A stretch of DNA of 64,000 nucleotides from Rickettsiales bacterium (GTDB lineage Bacteria > Pseudomonadota > Alphaproteobacteria > Rickettsiales > UBA1997). Positions 1-10,013 of this stretch are shown here, one piece after another (the stretch's first letter is position 1; every line of letters starts with the position of its first letter). The stretch covers positions 9,602 through 73,601 of the forward strand of contig JBMSJJ010000007.1 in NCBI GenBank assembly GCA_049418765.1, given 5' to 3'. A program made the translations under genes and the position numbers. The notes beneath the pieces are model-generated. The model was not told the DNA's origin and did no database searches. It saw only the letters and a list, made by a program, of their open reading frames with translations.

Positions 1-1769
1 TATTTGACTCTGTTGCTGGTGTTGAACCGCAATCTGAAACTGTATGGCGTCAAGCTAATAAATATAAGGTTCCAAGAATTTGTTTCGTAAATAAAATGGA
101 CAGAATTGGTGCCAATTTTTACCGTTGCGTTGATATGATGAAAACCCGTCTTGGAGCCAGACCGGTGCCTATTCAATTACCAATTTATGAAGCTGAAAAT
201 TATGGTGGATTAATTGATTTAGTAAAAATGAAAGCCGTAGTTTGGAAAGATGAGTCAATGGGGGCGGATTATGTTTATGAAGAAATCCCAGCTGATTTAC
301 AAGATAAGGCCAACGAATATCGCGAGCTATTACTTGAGTCAGCGGTTGAGCAAGATGATGCCTTAATGGAAAAATATCTTGGTGGTGAAGTAATTAGCGA
401 AGAAGATCTTAAAAGATGTATTCGTAAGGCTGCAATTTCTGGAGCGTTCGTTCCAGTTTTAAACGGAACTGCTTTCAAAAATAAGGGTGTTCAAACCTTA
501 CTCGATGCAGTTGTTGATTATCTTCCAAGTCCAAAGGATATTAAAGAAATTCCTGCAATTAATTTAAAAAATGAAGAAGCAATTACCATTAATTGCGATA
601 ATAAAAAATTTGCTGGATTGGCGTTCAAAATTATGACCGACCCTTTTGTTGGTTCTTTAACTTTCGTTAGAATATATTCAGGAACTTTAGTTGGTGGAAC
701 TGGAGTTGTTAACACCACTAAAAACAACAACAAAGAAAGAATTGGTCGTATTTTATTAATGCATGCCAATAACCGTGAAGACATCAAAGAAGCCCATGCT
801 GGTGATATCGTTGCTTTAGCTGGTTTAAAGGCTACTACTACTGGTGATACTCTAGTTGAATCCGACAATGAAATTGTGCTTGAAAGAATGATTTTCCCAG
901 AGCCAGTTATCGAAGTCTCGGTTGAACCTAAATCCACAGCGGATCAAGAAAAAATGGGTATGGCTCTTTCAAGATTGGCTTCTGAAGATCCATCTCTTCG
1001 TATTGAGTCCGATAAAGAATCTGGACAAACTATTTTAAAAGGAATGGGTGAGCTTCACCTCGAAATTATTGTTGATCGTATGAAGCGTGAATTTAAAGTT
1101 GATGCTAATATTGGTCAGCCTAAAGTTGCTTATCGTGAAGCCATTACCAAATCTACCGAAATTGATTATACTCACAAAAAACAATCTGGTGGTGCTGGAC
1201 AATTTGCGAAAGTTAAAATTATTTTTGAACCACTTCCTGCGGATAATAAAGAAAATTTTATTTTTGAGAGCGAAATCGTTGGCGGTAGAGTTCCAAAAGA
1301 ATATATTCCGGGCGTAGAAAAAGGCTTAGAATCGGCCAAGGAAACCGGTATTTTAGCAGGCTACCCTGTGGTTCGTTTAAAAACTCGTTTAATTGATGGA
1401 GCCTATCATGATGTTGATTCTAGTGTTTTAGCATTTGAAATTGCTGCTAGATCAGCATTTCGTGAGGCTATGGAAAAAGCTGGTGCAATTATCCTTGAGC
1501 CAATAATGAAAGTTGAAGTAGTTACTCCTGAAGATTATATGGGCGATGTTATCGGCGATGTTAACTCTAGAAGAGGGCAAATTCAAAATGTCGAAGCTCG
1601 TGATGTGACTCAAGTAATTACAGCAAAAGTTCCACTTGCTTCAATGTTTGGTTATGTAAATAGCCTTCGTTCATTATCGCAAGGTCGCGCTAGCTATAGC
1701 ATGGAATTTGATTCATACGAACCAGTTCCTTCGCATATTGCTGACGAAATCAAAGCCAAAAAATCATAA
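1..1769 (+). CDS. fusA: Elongation factor G (5' end lies outside the window)
   Basis: The frame is open from nt 3, upstream of the listed Met. [39 protein letters not shown] contains the GTPase NKxD motif. The rest of the 557-aa ORF reads as EF-G domains II-V. TAA stop at 1767-1769. Confidence 0.95.
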   Translation, partial: FDSVAGVEPQSETVWRQANKYKVPRICFVNKMDRIGANFYRCVDMMKTRLGARPVPIQLPIYEAENYGGLIDLVKMKAVVWKDESMGADYVYEEIPADLQDKANEYRELLLESAVEQDDALMEKYLGGEVISEEDLKRCIRKAAISGAFVPVLNGTAFKNKGVQTLLDAVVDYLPSPKDIKEIPAINLKNEEAITINCDNKKFAGLAFKIMTDPFVGSLTFVRIYSGTLVGGTGVVNTTKNNNKERIGRILLMHANNREDIKEAHAGDIVALAGLKATTTGDTLVESDNEIVLERMIFPEPVIEVSVEPKSTADQEKMGMALSRLASEDPSLRIESDKESGQTILKGMGELHLEIIVDRMKREFKVDANIGQPKVAYREAITKSTEIDYTHKKQSGGAGQFAKVKIIFEPLPADNKENFIFESEIVGGRVPKEYIPGVEKGLESAKETGILAGYPVVRLKTRLIDGAYHDVDSSVLAFEIAARSAFREAMEKAGAIILEPIMKVEVVTPEDYMGDVIGDVNSRRGQIQNVEARDVTQVITAKVPLASMFGYVNSLRSLSQGRASYSMEFDSYEPVPSHIADEIKAKKS

Positions 1770-1785
1770 TTTAATTATATTATAA

Positions 1786-2125
1786 ATGGAAAAAGGTTCG
1801 TTACACGATTTTTTATGGGGAGGAGGCATTGTTCGCGGTGGGGTTCAGTCAACTGCGCCTTCAAAAAATCCTCCACCATTTCATTTGGCTAGTAATTTTT
1901 CGAAAATATATTGAGAGATTGAAACTGGTAACGAAACTTCTACAATCCTTAATAGTAGAATAAATATCAATAATCGAGAATTAGGATTAATAAATGATAA
2001 AAATCATCAAGAACTTAGTAGTTATGGAATTGTAATTCAAAATGCCCTGCAATATTTTGATAATATTTATGATGAAAATGCTGCAACATTATATTTAAAG
2101 ATAAATACGGAAATATTCAAAAAAT
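1786..2125 (+). pseudogene. Decayed ORF of unknown origin
   Basis: ATG at 1786 opens a 113-codon frame broken only by one in-frame TGA (1912-1914). An open stretch this long is unusual in AT-rich DNA. I recognise no family. Confidence 0.25.
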
Positions 2126-2188
2126 AGAAAATCAGTCAATAAGATTTTGTGTGTAAAAAATATTTCTTGAAAAAAATTATTTTTTAGA

Positions 2189-2599
2189 ATAAATTACAAA
2201 AATCTTATCACAATTTTAATGCCATACTATAATGAATTTGATAATGTAGAGAAACTTTATTTGGCAATTAAAATATTTTCTTAACTAGTCATCCAGATTT
2301 AAAATATAATCATCTTTTTATTGATAATTGCTCAAATGACGGCACTATCTAAGCGTTAAAGAGTTTGGCAAAAAATGATAATAATGTTAAATTAATAATA
2401 AATTCACGAAATTTTGGACATATTCGTGAGCCCATATTACGGACTTCTTGAGGCATCGACCTTTTTAAATAATTCTAATGAGTTTTATGTTTTCGATAAT
2501 GCTTTTTTTATTGGAATTATAGGAGAATATATTGGTGCAATTTACACGAAATGTATGAACAGACCATTAGTTCACGAGCAAGAGCGAGTAAATTTTTAG
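2189..2599 (+). pseudogene. Family-2 glycosyltransferase relic (polyprenyl-phosphate sugar transferase type)
   Basis: Three frames together spell GT2 landmarks. These are NLITILMPYYNEFDNVEKLY (xPxYNE), then after a frame change HPDLKYNHLFIDNCSNDGT, an in-frame TAA, and LAKNDNNVKLIINSRNFGH. After another frame change comes SPYYGLLEA, joined directly to the C-terminal signature FFIGIIGEYIGAIYTKCMNRPLV. The central catalytic part is missing. Confidence 0.6.
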
Positions 2600-2603
2600 A
2601 ATT

Positions 2604-3110
2604 TTATTTTATAGAAAATTTTTTTCCAGCCTTTAAATCATCAAGAATTGCTAAAAATTTTTCAGAAGTTAAATCTTCAGCATAATCATCATTGATTTGA
2701 ACAATTGGAGCATTAACGCATGCGCCTAAGCACTCTACTTCCTTTAAGGTAAATAATTTATCGACAGTGGTTTGATCCATAGAAATACCAAGCTTATCTT
2801 CGCAATCTTTGATAATTTTATCAATACCTCGAAGCATGCAGGGAGTGGTTTTACAAAATTGTAATAGGTATTTTCCAACTGGCTTTAAATTATACATAGT
2901 ATAAAAACTAGCAACCTCATAAACCTTAATTTCAGGTAAATCAAGAATTTCAGAAATTTTGGCGATGATGTCTTTGGAGACCCAATTATCATTTTGTCTT
3001 TGAGCTAAATCTAATAAGGGCATAACTGCTGATTTTTTTCGTTCAGCAGGATATTTATTTAAAATTTCTTTGATTTTTTCTTGATTTTCAGGGCTAAAAT
3101 TAAAAGTCAT
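2604..3110 (-). CDS. nuoE: NADH-quinone oxidoreductase subunit E (24-kDa, 2Fe-2S)
   Basis: KSAVMPLLDLAQRQ, EVASFYTMY, and Cys ligands in FCKTTPCMLRG and ECLGACVNAP. I chose the start at MTFNF (3110) so it does not overlap the petC stop. Confidence 0.85.
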   Translation of the reverse strand: MTFNFSPENQEKIKEILNKYPAERKKSAVMPLLDLAQRQNDNWVSKDIIAKISEILDLPEIKVYEVASFYTMYNLKPVGKYLLQFCKTTPCMLRGIDKIIKDCEDKLGISMDQTTVDKLFTLKEVECLGACVNAPIVQINDDYAEDLTSEKFLAILDDLKAGKKFSIK

Positions 3111-3115
3111 AAAAT

Positions 3116-3907
3116 TTATTTTACATTTTTCCAAATTGCTTTTTTAGCTAACACTAAAAGCAGTAATAAAATTCCTAAGAATATCATGGTGCGAACTCCC
3201 ATTTTTTTGCGATGTTCGGTCTCTGGTTCTGAGGCATATTGCAAGAAATTTACCACATCCATTATCATTTGTTCTTTGGTAGCAATTGTGCCGTCCTTAT
3301 ATTCGACTTGACCATCATCATTGATTGGCGATGGCATAGAAATTTGTCTACCTTCGAAATATGGATTATAATTTTTACCTTCCGCTAACTCAAAACCTTC
3401 GGGAGCATCTTTATATCCCGTAAGCAATGAATAAACATAATTAGCTCCATCATGACGAGCTTTAACAATTAATGATAAATCAGGAGGGTAGGCTCCACCA
3501 TTTGCCGAGCGAGCTGATTGTTCATTGGTATAGGGTCCAACAAATTTATCGGAAGGTAAGCCGGGTCTTTCGAACATGTCGCCATCATCATTTGGTCCGT
3601 CTTGGACTAGATATTCAGAAGCAATTTGCTTGACTTCATTTTCACTAAATCCAATATCTTGCAAATTGCGATAAGACATTAATTTTAATGAGTGGCAAGC
3701 CGAGCAAACTTCTTTATATACTTGATAACCGCGCTGAATTGAAGCTTTATCGAATCTACCAAAAAAACCATCAAATTCCCACTTCATTTTTTTTGGGTGT
3801 AGCGCTTTAGTTTCTTTGGCATTTTGCAGATGATCTTGCATGATCGCATCATTTGCTATGGCTAGATTTGGTAAAAATAGTAATAAAATTATTAAATATT
3901 TCTTCAT
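3116..3907 (-). CDS. petC: Cytochrome c1 of the bc1 complex
   Basis: Signal peptide, heme-binding CSACHS, PPDLSLI motif and a C-terminal membrane anchor. It lies directly downstream of cytochrome b. Confidence 0.9.
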   Translation of the reverse strand: MKKYLIILLLFLPNLAIANDAIMQDHLQNAKETKALHPKKMKWEFDGFFGRFDKASIQRGYQVYKEVCSACHSLKLMSYRNLQDIGFSENEVKQIASEYLVQDGPNDDGDMFERPGLPSDKFVGPYTNEQSARSANGGAYPPDLSLIVKARHDGANYVYSLLTGYKDAPEGFELAEGKNYNPYFEGRQISMPSPINDDGQVEYKDGTIATKEQMIMDVVNFLQYASEPETEHRKKMGVRTMIFLGILLLLLVLAKKAIWKNVK

Positions 3908-3927
3908 TTTACGATTAATTATTTGTT

Positions 3928-5226
3928 TTATTTATGAGTTTTTTTGTAATGCTCATCAATTGATTCAGGCACAGGTAAAGTTTTTTCAAACCTTGGTAAT
4001 ATTGGTAAAATCAATAAAAAATAAGCATAATAATACATGGTAGAAATTCTGGAAGCCCAAATATACCAACCTTCGGCGGGTGATTTTCCAAGCCATCCTA
4101 AAAAAACAAAATTTATAACAAAAACATAAAAGAATTTTTTAAATAATGGACGGTACGCTCCAGATCTAACCTTGCTCTTATCAAGATATGGTAAAAAGAA
4201 TAATAAAATAATGGCGCCAAACATCATTAAAACTCCACCTAATTTATCTGGAACTGCTCTTAAAATCGCATAGAAAGGCAAGAAATACCATTCAGGCACA
4301 ATATGAGCTGGAGTAACCAACGGATTGGCAGGAATATAATTGTCTGGATGTCCAAGAGCATTTGGATAAAAGAATAAGAAATAGCCAAAAATTATAAAGA
4401 AAATTGCAAATCCAACCATGTCTTTGATGGTAAAATATGGGTGAAATGGAATACTATCTTTTTTTGATTTCATAGGCACTCCAGCTGGGTTACTTGACCC
4501 AGTCGTATGAAGAGCCATTAAATGCACTAAAACAATACCAACGATTAAAAAAGGCATAAGAAAATGCAAAACAAAAAAGCGATTTAGAGTTGGATTATCA
4601 ACCGAATAACCGCCCCAAAGCCATTGCACAATAGATTCGCCAACTACTGGAATAGCTGAAAATAAATTGGTAATAACGGTGGCTCCCCAGAAACTCATTT
4701 GTCCCCAAGGCAAAACATAGCCCATAAAGGCGGTCGCCATAGTTAATAAAAAAATGATTATTCCTACCCACCACAAAACTTCGCGAGGTGCTTTATATGA
4801 GCCATAATAAAGGCTTCGAACCATATGGGCATAAAGTGCAACAAAAAACATTGAAGCGCCAACAGCGTGAATATAACGAATTAACCAACCATAATTTACA
4901 TCTCGCATAATATGCTCAACAGAATCGAAGGCATGCTTAGTGTTAGGCACATAATGCATAGCCAAAAACAAACCTGATAATATTTGAATAACCAAGCAAA
5001 TTCCGGCAATCGAACCAAAATTCCACCAATAGCTTAGATTTTTTGGATAAGGATGGCGTTTCAAAGTATTTTCGATGGTTGTAATAATTGGCAAGCGATC
5101 ATTGATCCAACCTACAACCTTATTGGTTTCGGTGATTGATTTTTCAAGGTCATTGTGGATTTGATGAAATGCTTGTAATTCTTCTTTTGGTGTTTTGGGA
5201 TCAAAATTATTTTCGTGATTTGACAT
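3928..5226 (-). CDS. petB: Cytochrome b
   Basis: YWWNFGS, conserved His pairs in helices B and D, and [13 protein letters not shown]. Confidence 0.95.
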   Translation of the reverse strand: MSNHENNFDPKTPKEELQAFHQIHNDLEKSITETNKVVGWINDRLPIITTIENTLKRHPYPKNLSYWWNFGSIAGICLVIQILSGLFLAMHYVPNTKHAFDSVEHIMRDVNYGWLIRYIHAVGASMFFVALYAHMVRSLYYGSYKAPREVLWWVGIIIFLLTMATAFMGYVLPWGQMSFWGATVITNLFSAIPVVGESIVQWLWGGYSVDNPTLNRFFVLHFLMPFLIVGIVLVHLMALHTTGSSNPAGVPMKSKKDSIPFHPYFTIKDMVGFAIFFIIFGYFLFFYPNALGHPDNYIPANPLVTPAHIVPEWYFLPFYAILRAVPDKLGGVLMMFGAIILLFFLPYLDKSKVRSGAYRPLFKKFFYVFVINFVFLGWLGKSPAEGWYIWASRISTMYYYAYFLLILPILPRFEKTLPVPESIDEHYKKTHK

Positions 5227-5227
5227 T

Positions 5228-5764
5228 TTATCCTATTTTAATTGTTGTATCGTTAATAAATTCATAAGGTGGAACCTCAAGGTTCTTGGGTGCAGGACCT
5301 TTGCGAATTCTACCAGAGGTGTCGTATTGAGAGCCATGACAAGGGCAGAACCAGCCCTTATATTCGCCTTGACCACCAATTGGAACGCATCCTAAGTGAG
5401 TACAAATTCCAACGGTTACCAGCCATTCTTCTTTGCCAGCCTTGACTCTTTGCGAATCTGGTTGTGGGTCTTTAAGTTCTTTTAAATCAACGGCTTTGGC
5501 GTCATCAATTTCTTGTGCTGATCTTCTTTTGATGAAGACTGGCTTGCCTCGCCACATAATCTTTTTTTCTTCGCCAACTTTGATACCACTAACATCTACC
5601 TCAACCGAAGCTAATGCTTGTACATCTTTTGAAGGATTCATGCTATCAATAAAAGGCAATATGGCGCAAACTGCCCCAACCCCAGCAGTTGCATAGCCTG
5701 CATTGATAATTAAATTGCGTTTAGAGCTATCTATTTTATTATCGTTTTTTTGTGATTCAGACAT
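5228..5764 (-). CDS. petA: Ubiquinol-cytochrome c reductase Rieske iron-sulfur subunit
   Basis: Rieske boxes CTHLGC and CPCHGS. First gene of the petABC order. Confidence 0.95.
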   Translation of the reverse strand: MSESQKNDNKIDSSKRNLIINAGYATAGVGAVCAILPFIDSMNPSKDVQALASVEVDVSGIKVGEEKKIMWRGKPVFIKRRSAQEIDDAKAVDLKELKDPQPDSQRVKAGKEEWLVTVGICTHLGCVPIGGQGEYKGWFCPCHGSQYDTSGRIRKGPAPKNLEVPPYEFINDTTIKIG

Positions 5765-5867
5765 TATATAAATTTATAAAATTAAAAAAATTAAAATTAT
5801 TTTGTAATTTTACTTTTAATTTGTAAATTTATCAACTTGAAATTTATTAATTTAATCAATCTTTGAA

Positions 5868-6311
5868 ATGACAATCTTAAAAATCAAAAAATTAGAAAAT
5901 TTAGGTGATTTACCCTTGCCAAAATATGAAACAGTTGGAAGTGCTGGTATGGACTTATTGGCTTCTATCAACGATGATATAATTTTAAAATCTGGCGAAA
6001 TTCAACTTGTAAAAACTGGAATTGCCATTGCTCTTGAAAATGGTTATGAAGCGCAAATTCGCCCAAGATCCGGCTTGGCTTTAAAAAATGGCATCACCGT
6101 TTTAAATTCTCCAGGCACTATCGATAGCGATTATAGAGGTGAAATTTGTGTAATTTTAATTAATCATTCTAAAAAAGATTTTACAATTTCTCGTGGAATG
6201 CGAATTGCTCAAATGGTTATAGCTAGATTTGAGCAGGCAGAAATTCATCAAGTTGATAATTTAAACGAAACCGTAAGAGGTCTCTCAGGATTTGGATCAA
6301 CAGGAGTTTAG
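5868..6311 (+). CDS. dut: dUTP diphosphatase
   Basis: [23 protein letters not shown] and a C-terminal RGxxGFGSTG. Confidence 0.93.
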   Translation: MTILKIKKLENLGDLPLPKYETVGSAGMDLLASINDDIILKSGEIQLVKTGIAIALENGYEAQIRPRSGLALKNGITVLNSPGTIDSDYRGEICVILINHSKKDFTISRGMRIAQMVIARFEQAEIHQVDNLNETVRGLSGFGSTGV

Positions 6312-6599
6312 TTTTTGGGTGGATCATAATTTTTCATTTTCATAAAAAAATCCCCTGAAGATAATAAATTAAAATTCATTTTTTTACAAAAAATCCCTAA
6401 AAACCCCCGGCATGTTTTTTAAGACATTCTCATTTTTATAGTTTTTTTTCGAAGGAAATATTGCTCTTAATTTATTTTTTAAAGGTGGAGTAGGTTTTTA
6501 GATATTTAAATTCTAGGAATTGTCTAATTTTTAATTTATTCTTGAAAAATATTATAAAAATAATTTTTTTAAATTACTTAACTAATAAGTTTTATCTAT

Positions 6600-7017
6600 A
6601 TATACAATCTGAATTGTGTCCTATATTTCTCCAATCTCCGGGTCTACTTTTTCGCCTACCATCTCCAGGTTTTCTATTTTGGGCTCCGCCCCTAGATGAA
6701 ACTCTATCTTGCCATGATTGATTTTTACTTTTTACATTGTCTTTATTATCCTCTAAATTTTTTGCAAAAACATTATATATAGAAGTTCAACAATATTTCA
6801 TAGCATCATAAATTTCACCTGGCGCTTGAGCAAAACTTATTGTTTCATCTAAATCCTTAGCACGAGGAGGGGTTGGAAGACTGTTCCATAAATATGAAAA
6901 AAGTGATGGTGATTTTCTTGTGTTTCTAGGTATAGGAAGAGTTGGAAGATAAATTTAACTATTTTGTTGATCAAAGGAAAATGTACGATGATAAACTTCT
7001 GGTTGTCTTCTTGCCAT
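6600..7017 (-). pseudogene. Decayed ORF of unknown origin
   Basis: The minus-strand frame from ATG (7015-7017) runs ~140 codons with only two in-frame stops: TAA after codon 20 and TGA after ...DAMKYC. It ends in a Gly/Arg/Pro-rich tail (RGGAQNRKPGDGRRKSRPGDWRN). I recognise no family. Confidence 0.3.
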
Positions 7018-7052
7018 AAATAAAATTTGTAATAATGAATATCTTAAATTAG

Positions 7053-7967
7053 TTACCTAATTTCAATAAAATTGTTATAATATATTTCTTGGTAATAACT
7101 TTTAACATATAAATTTAATTTTTCTAATGAAATTTTGTTTATAATAAAAGTTTTTTCCTTTTCGTTAAAAAAATATTCATGTTTTTTGTCTATTAATTGA
7201 TATATATGCCAAATTTGATTAATTAAAATTGGTTTAGAATATTCAGCAATTTTTAAGTCTTTGACTTCTTGTAAAATGGTTTCACTTAATTCAAAATTCC
7301 AAAACCAGTTTAAATTTTCTGTTTTTTTATCGACAAAAAAATTAAAGTATTTCTCCAGAAATTTGGTGTATTTTTTGTTATTAAATTTAGATTTTAGACT
7401 TTGTATTTCATTGATAATATTTGCATTTTCTAGGACATAATCTTGCAATAAATAACGATGTTTTTTTTGGGTAATTTTTTCTTTTTCAACCCATTCATTA
7501 ATTTCAAAATTACTTACATTAATTCGGGGTTTAATAATTTCGTTGATGATTTTTTGCCATAACAAATCTTGCCAAATCCTCTTTTTAAAACTCTCAATAT
7601 TAAGTTGATTTTTTTGCACAAAATTTTGGAAATTTTGATAATTTTTAAAATATTTTTCCGCAAAAATATTTAAAAAATAATTAATTTCTTCATCAGTTAG
7701 ATTGATTTTAATTTTGTCGGCGTGTTTTTTAAGAATTTCATGTTCAATAATATCGTCAATTACAGTTTTTGTAGTAATTACTTCAAAATTTTTGCCCCAA
7801 TATTTTTGGGTTTTAAGTAAAAAATTGTAATGATTTTTAATTTCTGGCTTAGTTATGATGATGTTATTGATTTTGATTTGCGAGGGTAGGTTGTTTTTGT
7901 TTATTGGATTTTTGGACAATGAATTAAAGCTTATTAGGCATAAAAAAATTGTCCAAAAAACTCGCAT
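7053..7967 (-). CDS. SurA N-terminal-domain-like periplasmic chaperone (no clear PPIase domain seen)
   Basis: Signal peptide. DDIIEHEILKKHADKIKINLTDEEINYFL and ESFKKRIWQDLLWQKIINEIIKPRINV resemble the SurA/PpiD chaperone domain. Its start overlaps the ctpA stop by 1 nt. Confidence 0.5.
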   Translation of the reverse strand: MRVFWTIFLCLISFNSLSKNPINKNNLPSQIKINNIIITKPEIKNHYNFLLKTQKYWGKNFEVITTKTVIDDIIEHEILKKHADKIKINLTDEEINYFLNIFAEKYFKNYQNFQNFVQKNQLNIESFKKRIWQDLLWQKIINEIIKPRINVSNFEINEWVEKEKITQKKHRYLLQDYVLENANIINEIQSLKSKFNNKKYTKFLEKYFNFFVDKKTENLNWFWNFELSETILQEVKDLKIAEYSKPILINQIWHIYQLIDKKHEYFFNEKEKTFIINKISLEKLNLYVKSYYQEIYYNNFIEIR

Positions 7968-9292
7968 TACTTATTTGATATAGAATTATAAAGGCTAACA
8001 CCGCGAATTAAATCAAGTGCTCTTGCCAGTTGATAATCTTTTTGATAAATTTCAATGTTATCATCACTGATTTTTTTATTTGCAGGTTTATTATCAGTTT
8101 TTTCAATGGCTTCTTGTAATTTAATTTCAATATGACCCTTTAAATCAGCCTCCGATTCTCTTTCAATATTTTTTTCTTTTTCAATTGAAGCTGAAGTTAG
8201 TTCAATATCTGGCTCGATTCCTTTGGCTTGAATTGAGCGACCAGATGGGGTATAGTATAGGGCAGTAGTCATTTTGACGGCGCCTTGATTGCGATCAAGA
8301 GGCATAACGGTTTGAACCGAGCCTTTGCCAAATGATTTGGTGCCCATAATTATTGCTCTTTTATGGTCTTGTAAAGCGCCTGCAACGATTTCGGATGCCG
8401 ATGCTGAACCTTCGTTAATGAGGATTACAATTGGTAAATTTGGAATTAAAAATTGATTTTGATCAGTTTGAAATTCTTTAATAACGCCAGTTCTTCCTTT
8501 GATAGAAACCACTGATTTACCCTGGTCAAGGAAGCTTGCGGTAACTTCGATGGCTTGATCAAGAAGCCCTCCTGGGTTGTTGCGTAGGTCAAGGACTAAA
8601 CCTTTTATTTTATCAACACCAATTTGAGTTTTTAATCTGTTTAATTCCTTATGCAGATTTTCAGAAGTTTTTTCAGAAAAATTAGTAATTTTAATATAAG
8701 CTACATCATTAAATTTTTGGGCTTTGATTGGCTTAATTTTAATTATTTTTCGAATTAAAATTTTTTCAATAGGCTCCTTTTCTCCTTTGCGATAAATTGT
8801 TAATTTAACTGGAGTATTAACTTTGCCACGAATTTTTTTAACTATTTCATCAATTTTCATTGAATAAGTTGATTTACCATCAATGCGAATAATAAAATCT
8901 CCAGATTTAATTCCGGCACGAAAAGCAGGGGTGTCTTCAATGGCTGAAACAACTTTGGCAACGGTATTTTCGGTGGTAATTTCGATACCAACTCCGCCAA
9001 ATTCTCCTTTGGTATGGATGGTCATTTCTTTAATATCATCATTATTTAAAAAACTTGAATGAGGGTCAAGTGAGTTTAATATACCCGATGCGGCCGCTTC
9101 ATATAATTCGTCTTGCGATTTTTCATCAACATAATCACTACGAATTTTTTCCATTACTTCATTAAGAAAATCATCATTATATTTACTTTTAGAGCTTAAC
9201 AAAGTTTTTTGCGCCATGGCGATAGCTCCAAAGAAACCAAGTGCAGTTGAAAGGCTTACAATAATTATGATTTTTATTAATTTCATGAGCAA
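7967..9292 (-). CDS. ctpA: Carboxy-terminal processing protease (S41) with PDZ domain
   Basis: FGGVGIEI (PDZ), LDLRNNPGG, NEGSASASEIVAGALQD and GTKSFGKGSVQTV (Ser/Lys dyad region). Confidence 0.9.
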   Translation of the reverse strand: MLMKLIKIIIIVSLSTALGFFGAIAMAQKTLLSSKSKYNDDFLNEVMEKIRSDYVDEKSQDELYEAAASGILNSLDPHSSFLNNDDIKEMTIHTKGEFGGVGIEITTENTVAKVVSAIEDTPAFRAGIKSGDFIIRIDGKSTYSMKIDEIVKKIRGKVNTPVKLTIYRKGEKEPIEKILIRKIIKIKPIKAQKFNDVAYIKITNFSEKTSENLHKELNRLKTQIGVDKIKGLVLDLRNNPGGLLDQAIEVTASFLDQGKSVVSIKGRTGVIKEFQTDQNQFLIPNLPIVILINEGSASASEIVAGALQDHKRAIIMGTKSFGKGSVQTVMPLDRNQGAVKMTTALYYTPSGRSIQAKGIEPDIELTSASIEKEKNIERESEADLKGHIEIKLQEAIEKTDNKPANKKISDDNIEIYQKDYQLARALDLIRGVSLYNSISNK

Positions 9293-9347
9293 AAATTTTA
9301 ACTTGAAGATTATTGTGGGTTTGGGCTTTTCGTGGTGTAAAATAATT

Positions 9348-9719
9348 TTAATTAATTCCGTATTCTTCTTTAATTAATTTGGTTACTGAAGATGGTGGTT
9401 CATCTCCATATCCAGAATATAAAATTTTTCCATATTTTTCAAGATGAATGATGTCGTCATTTAAGGCTTTTAAAAATAATTGAACCTTAAGTTTTTCGAC
9501 CAGAACATAATACCAAGCATTTCTTCCAGCATCTACGCCTTTAACTAAATAAATATATTGGGCTAAAGCTCTTTTTTGTGGGTCGATTGGTTTTTTTTCA
9601 GAATTATTTTCGTTGGCATCGGTTGTTACTTCTGCTTGATTTTCTGTCTCTAATTTAGATTGAGACATATTGCTTTTTTTAGCAAATCTATCGGCGAATG
9701 AAGATTTATTCTCAGACAT
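9348..9719 (-). CDS. Conserved hypothetical protein
   Basis: 123-aa ORF with a polar N-terminus and a compact C-terminal domain (YIYLVKGVDAGRNAWYYVLVEKLK...). I am not sure of the family. Confidence 0.55.
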   Translation of the reverse strand: MSENKSSFADRFAKKSNMSQSKLETENQAEVTTDANENNSEKKPIDPQKRALAQYIYLVKGVDAGRNAWYYVLVEKLKVQLFLKALNDDIIHLEKYGKILYSGYGDEPPSSVTKLIKEEYGIN

Positions 9720-9737
9720 AATTTTAATTAGTTAAGG

Positions 9738-9914
9738 TTAAATATACATTTTAGCTTGTTTTTGATAATCTTTGAGCCACCAATCATTAATTGGTTTTTT
9801 TGGACCGCAAGGACCATCCGAAGCTGAAACGCATGGACTTTTTACATCAACAACTTTTGTTGAACATGAGGATAAAATTAATGATAATATTAAAATCTTA
9901 ATAATATTTTTCAT
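9738..9914 (-). CDS. Small lipoprotein (58 aa), VirB7-like core motif
   Basis: Not in the ORF track because it is under 60 aa. My translation is MKNIIKILILSLILSSCSTKVVDVKSPCVSASDGPCGPKKPINDWWLKDYQKQAKMYI. It has a lipobox LSSC and the segment C-G-P-K-K-P-I-N-D-W-W. ATG at 9912-9914, TAA at 9738-9740. Confidence 0.5.
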   Translation of the reverse strand: MKNIIKILILSLILSSCSTKVVDVKSPCVSASDGPCGPKKPINDWWLKDYQKQAKMYI

Positions 9915-10013
9915 GGATTGATTAAATTTTAAATTGATATAAAATAGTTTAAAAACATAATTAATTAATTTAAAATGTTTTTTTATTTTAGCAATTATTT
10001 ATTTTAAAAAACT

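Noticed and set aside
275-937. Antisense ORFs inside fusA (275-478 and 518-937). Similar opposite-strand ORFs lie inside petA, mlaE, ahcY, prs, ampG, metE, virB4 and virB6.
   Set aside because: They sit fully within strongly supported conserved genes. Their composition is low-complexity or mirror-image and they match no recognisable family. They are typical shadow ORFs.
1805-1885. A locally GC-rich stretch with GGGGAGGAGG ... CCTCCACCA, reminiscent of a tRNA or tmRNA acceptor end.
   Set aside because: I could not fold a cloverleaf or T-arm. There is no G3-U70-type pair and no tag reading frame ending in Ala-Ala. It is more simply explained as part of the decayed ORF at 1786-2125.
1912-1914. 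In-frame TGA codons here and in the 6600-7017 frame, as possible evidence for TGA reassignment (Trp) or selenocysteine.
   Set aside because: queA terminates at a TGA at the position expected for the family C-terminus. Conserved Trp positions use TGG, for example in cytochrome b and the dipeptidase EWWH motif. No SECIS-like context is seen. Pseudogenisation is the simpler explanation.
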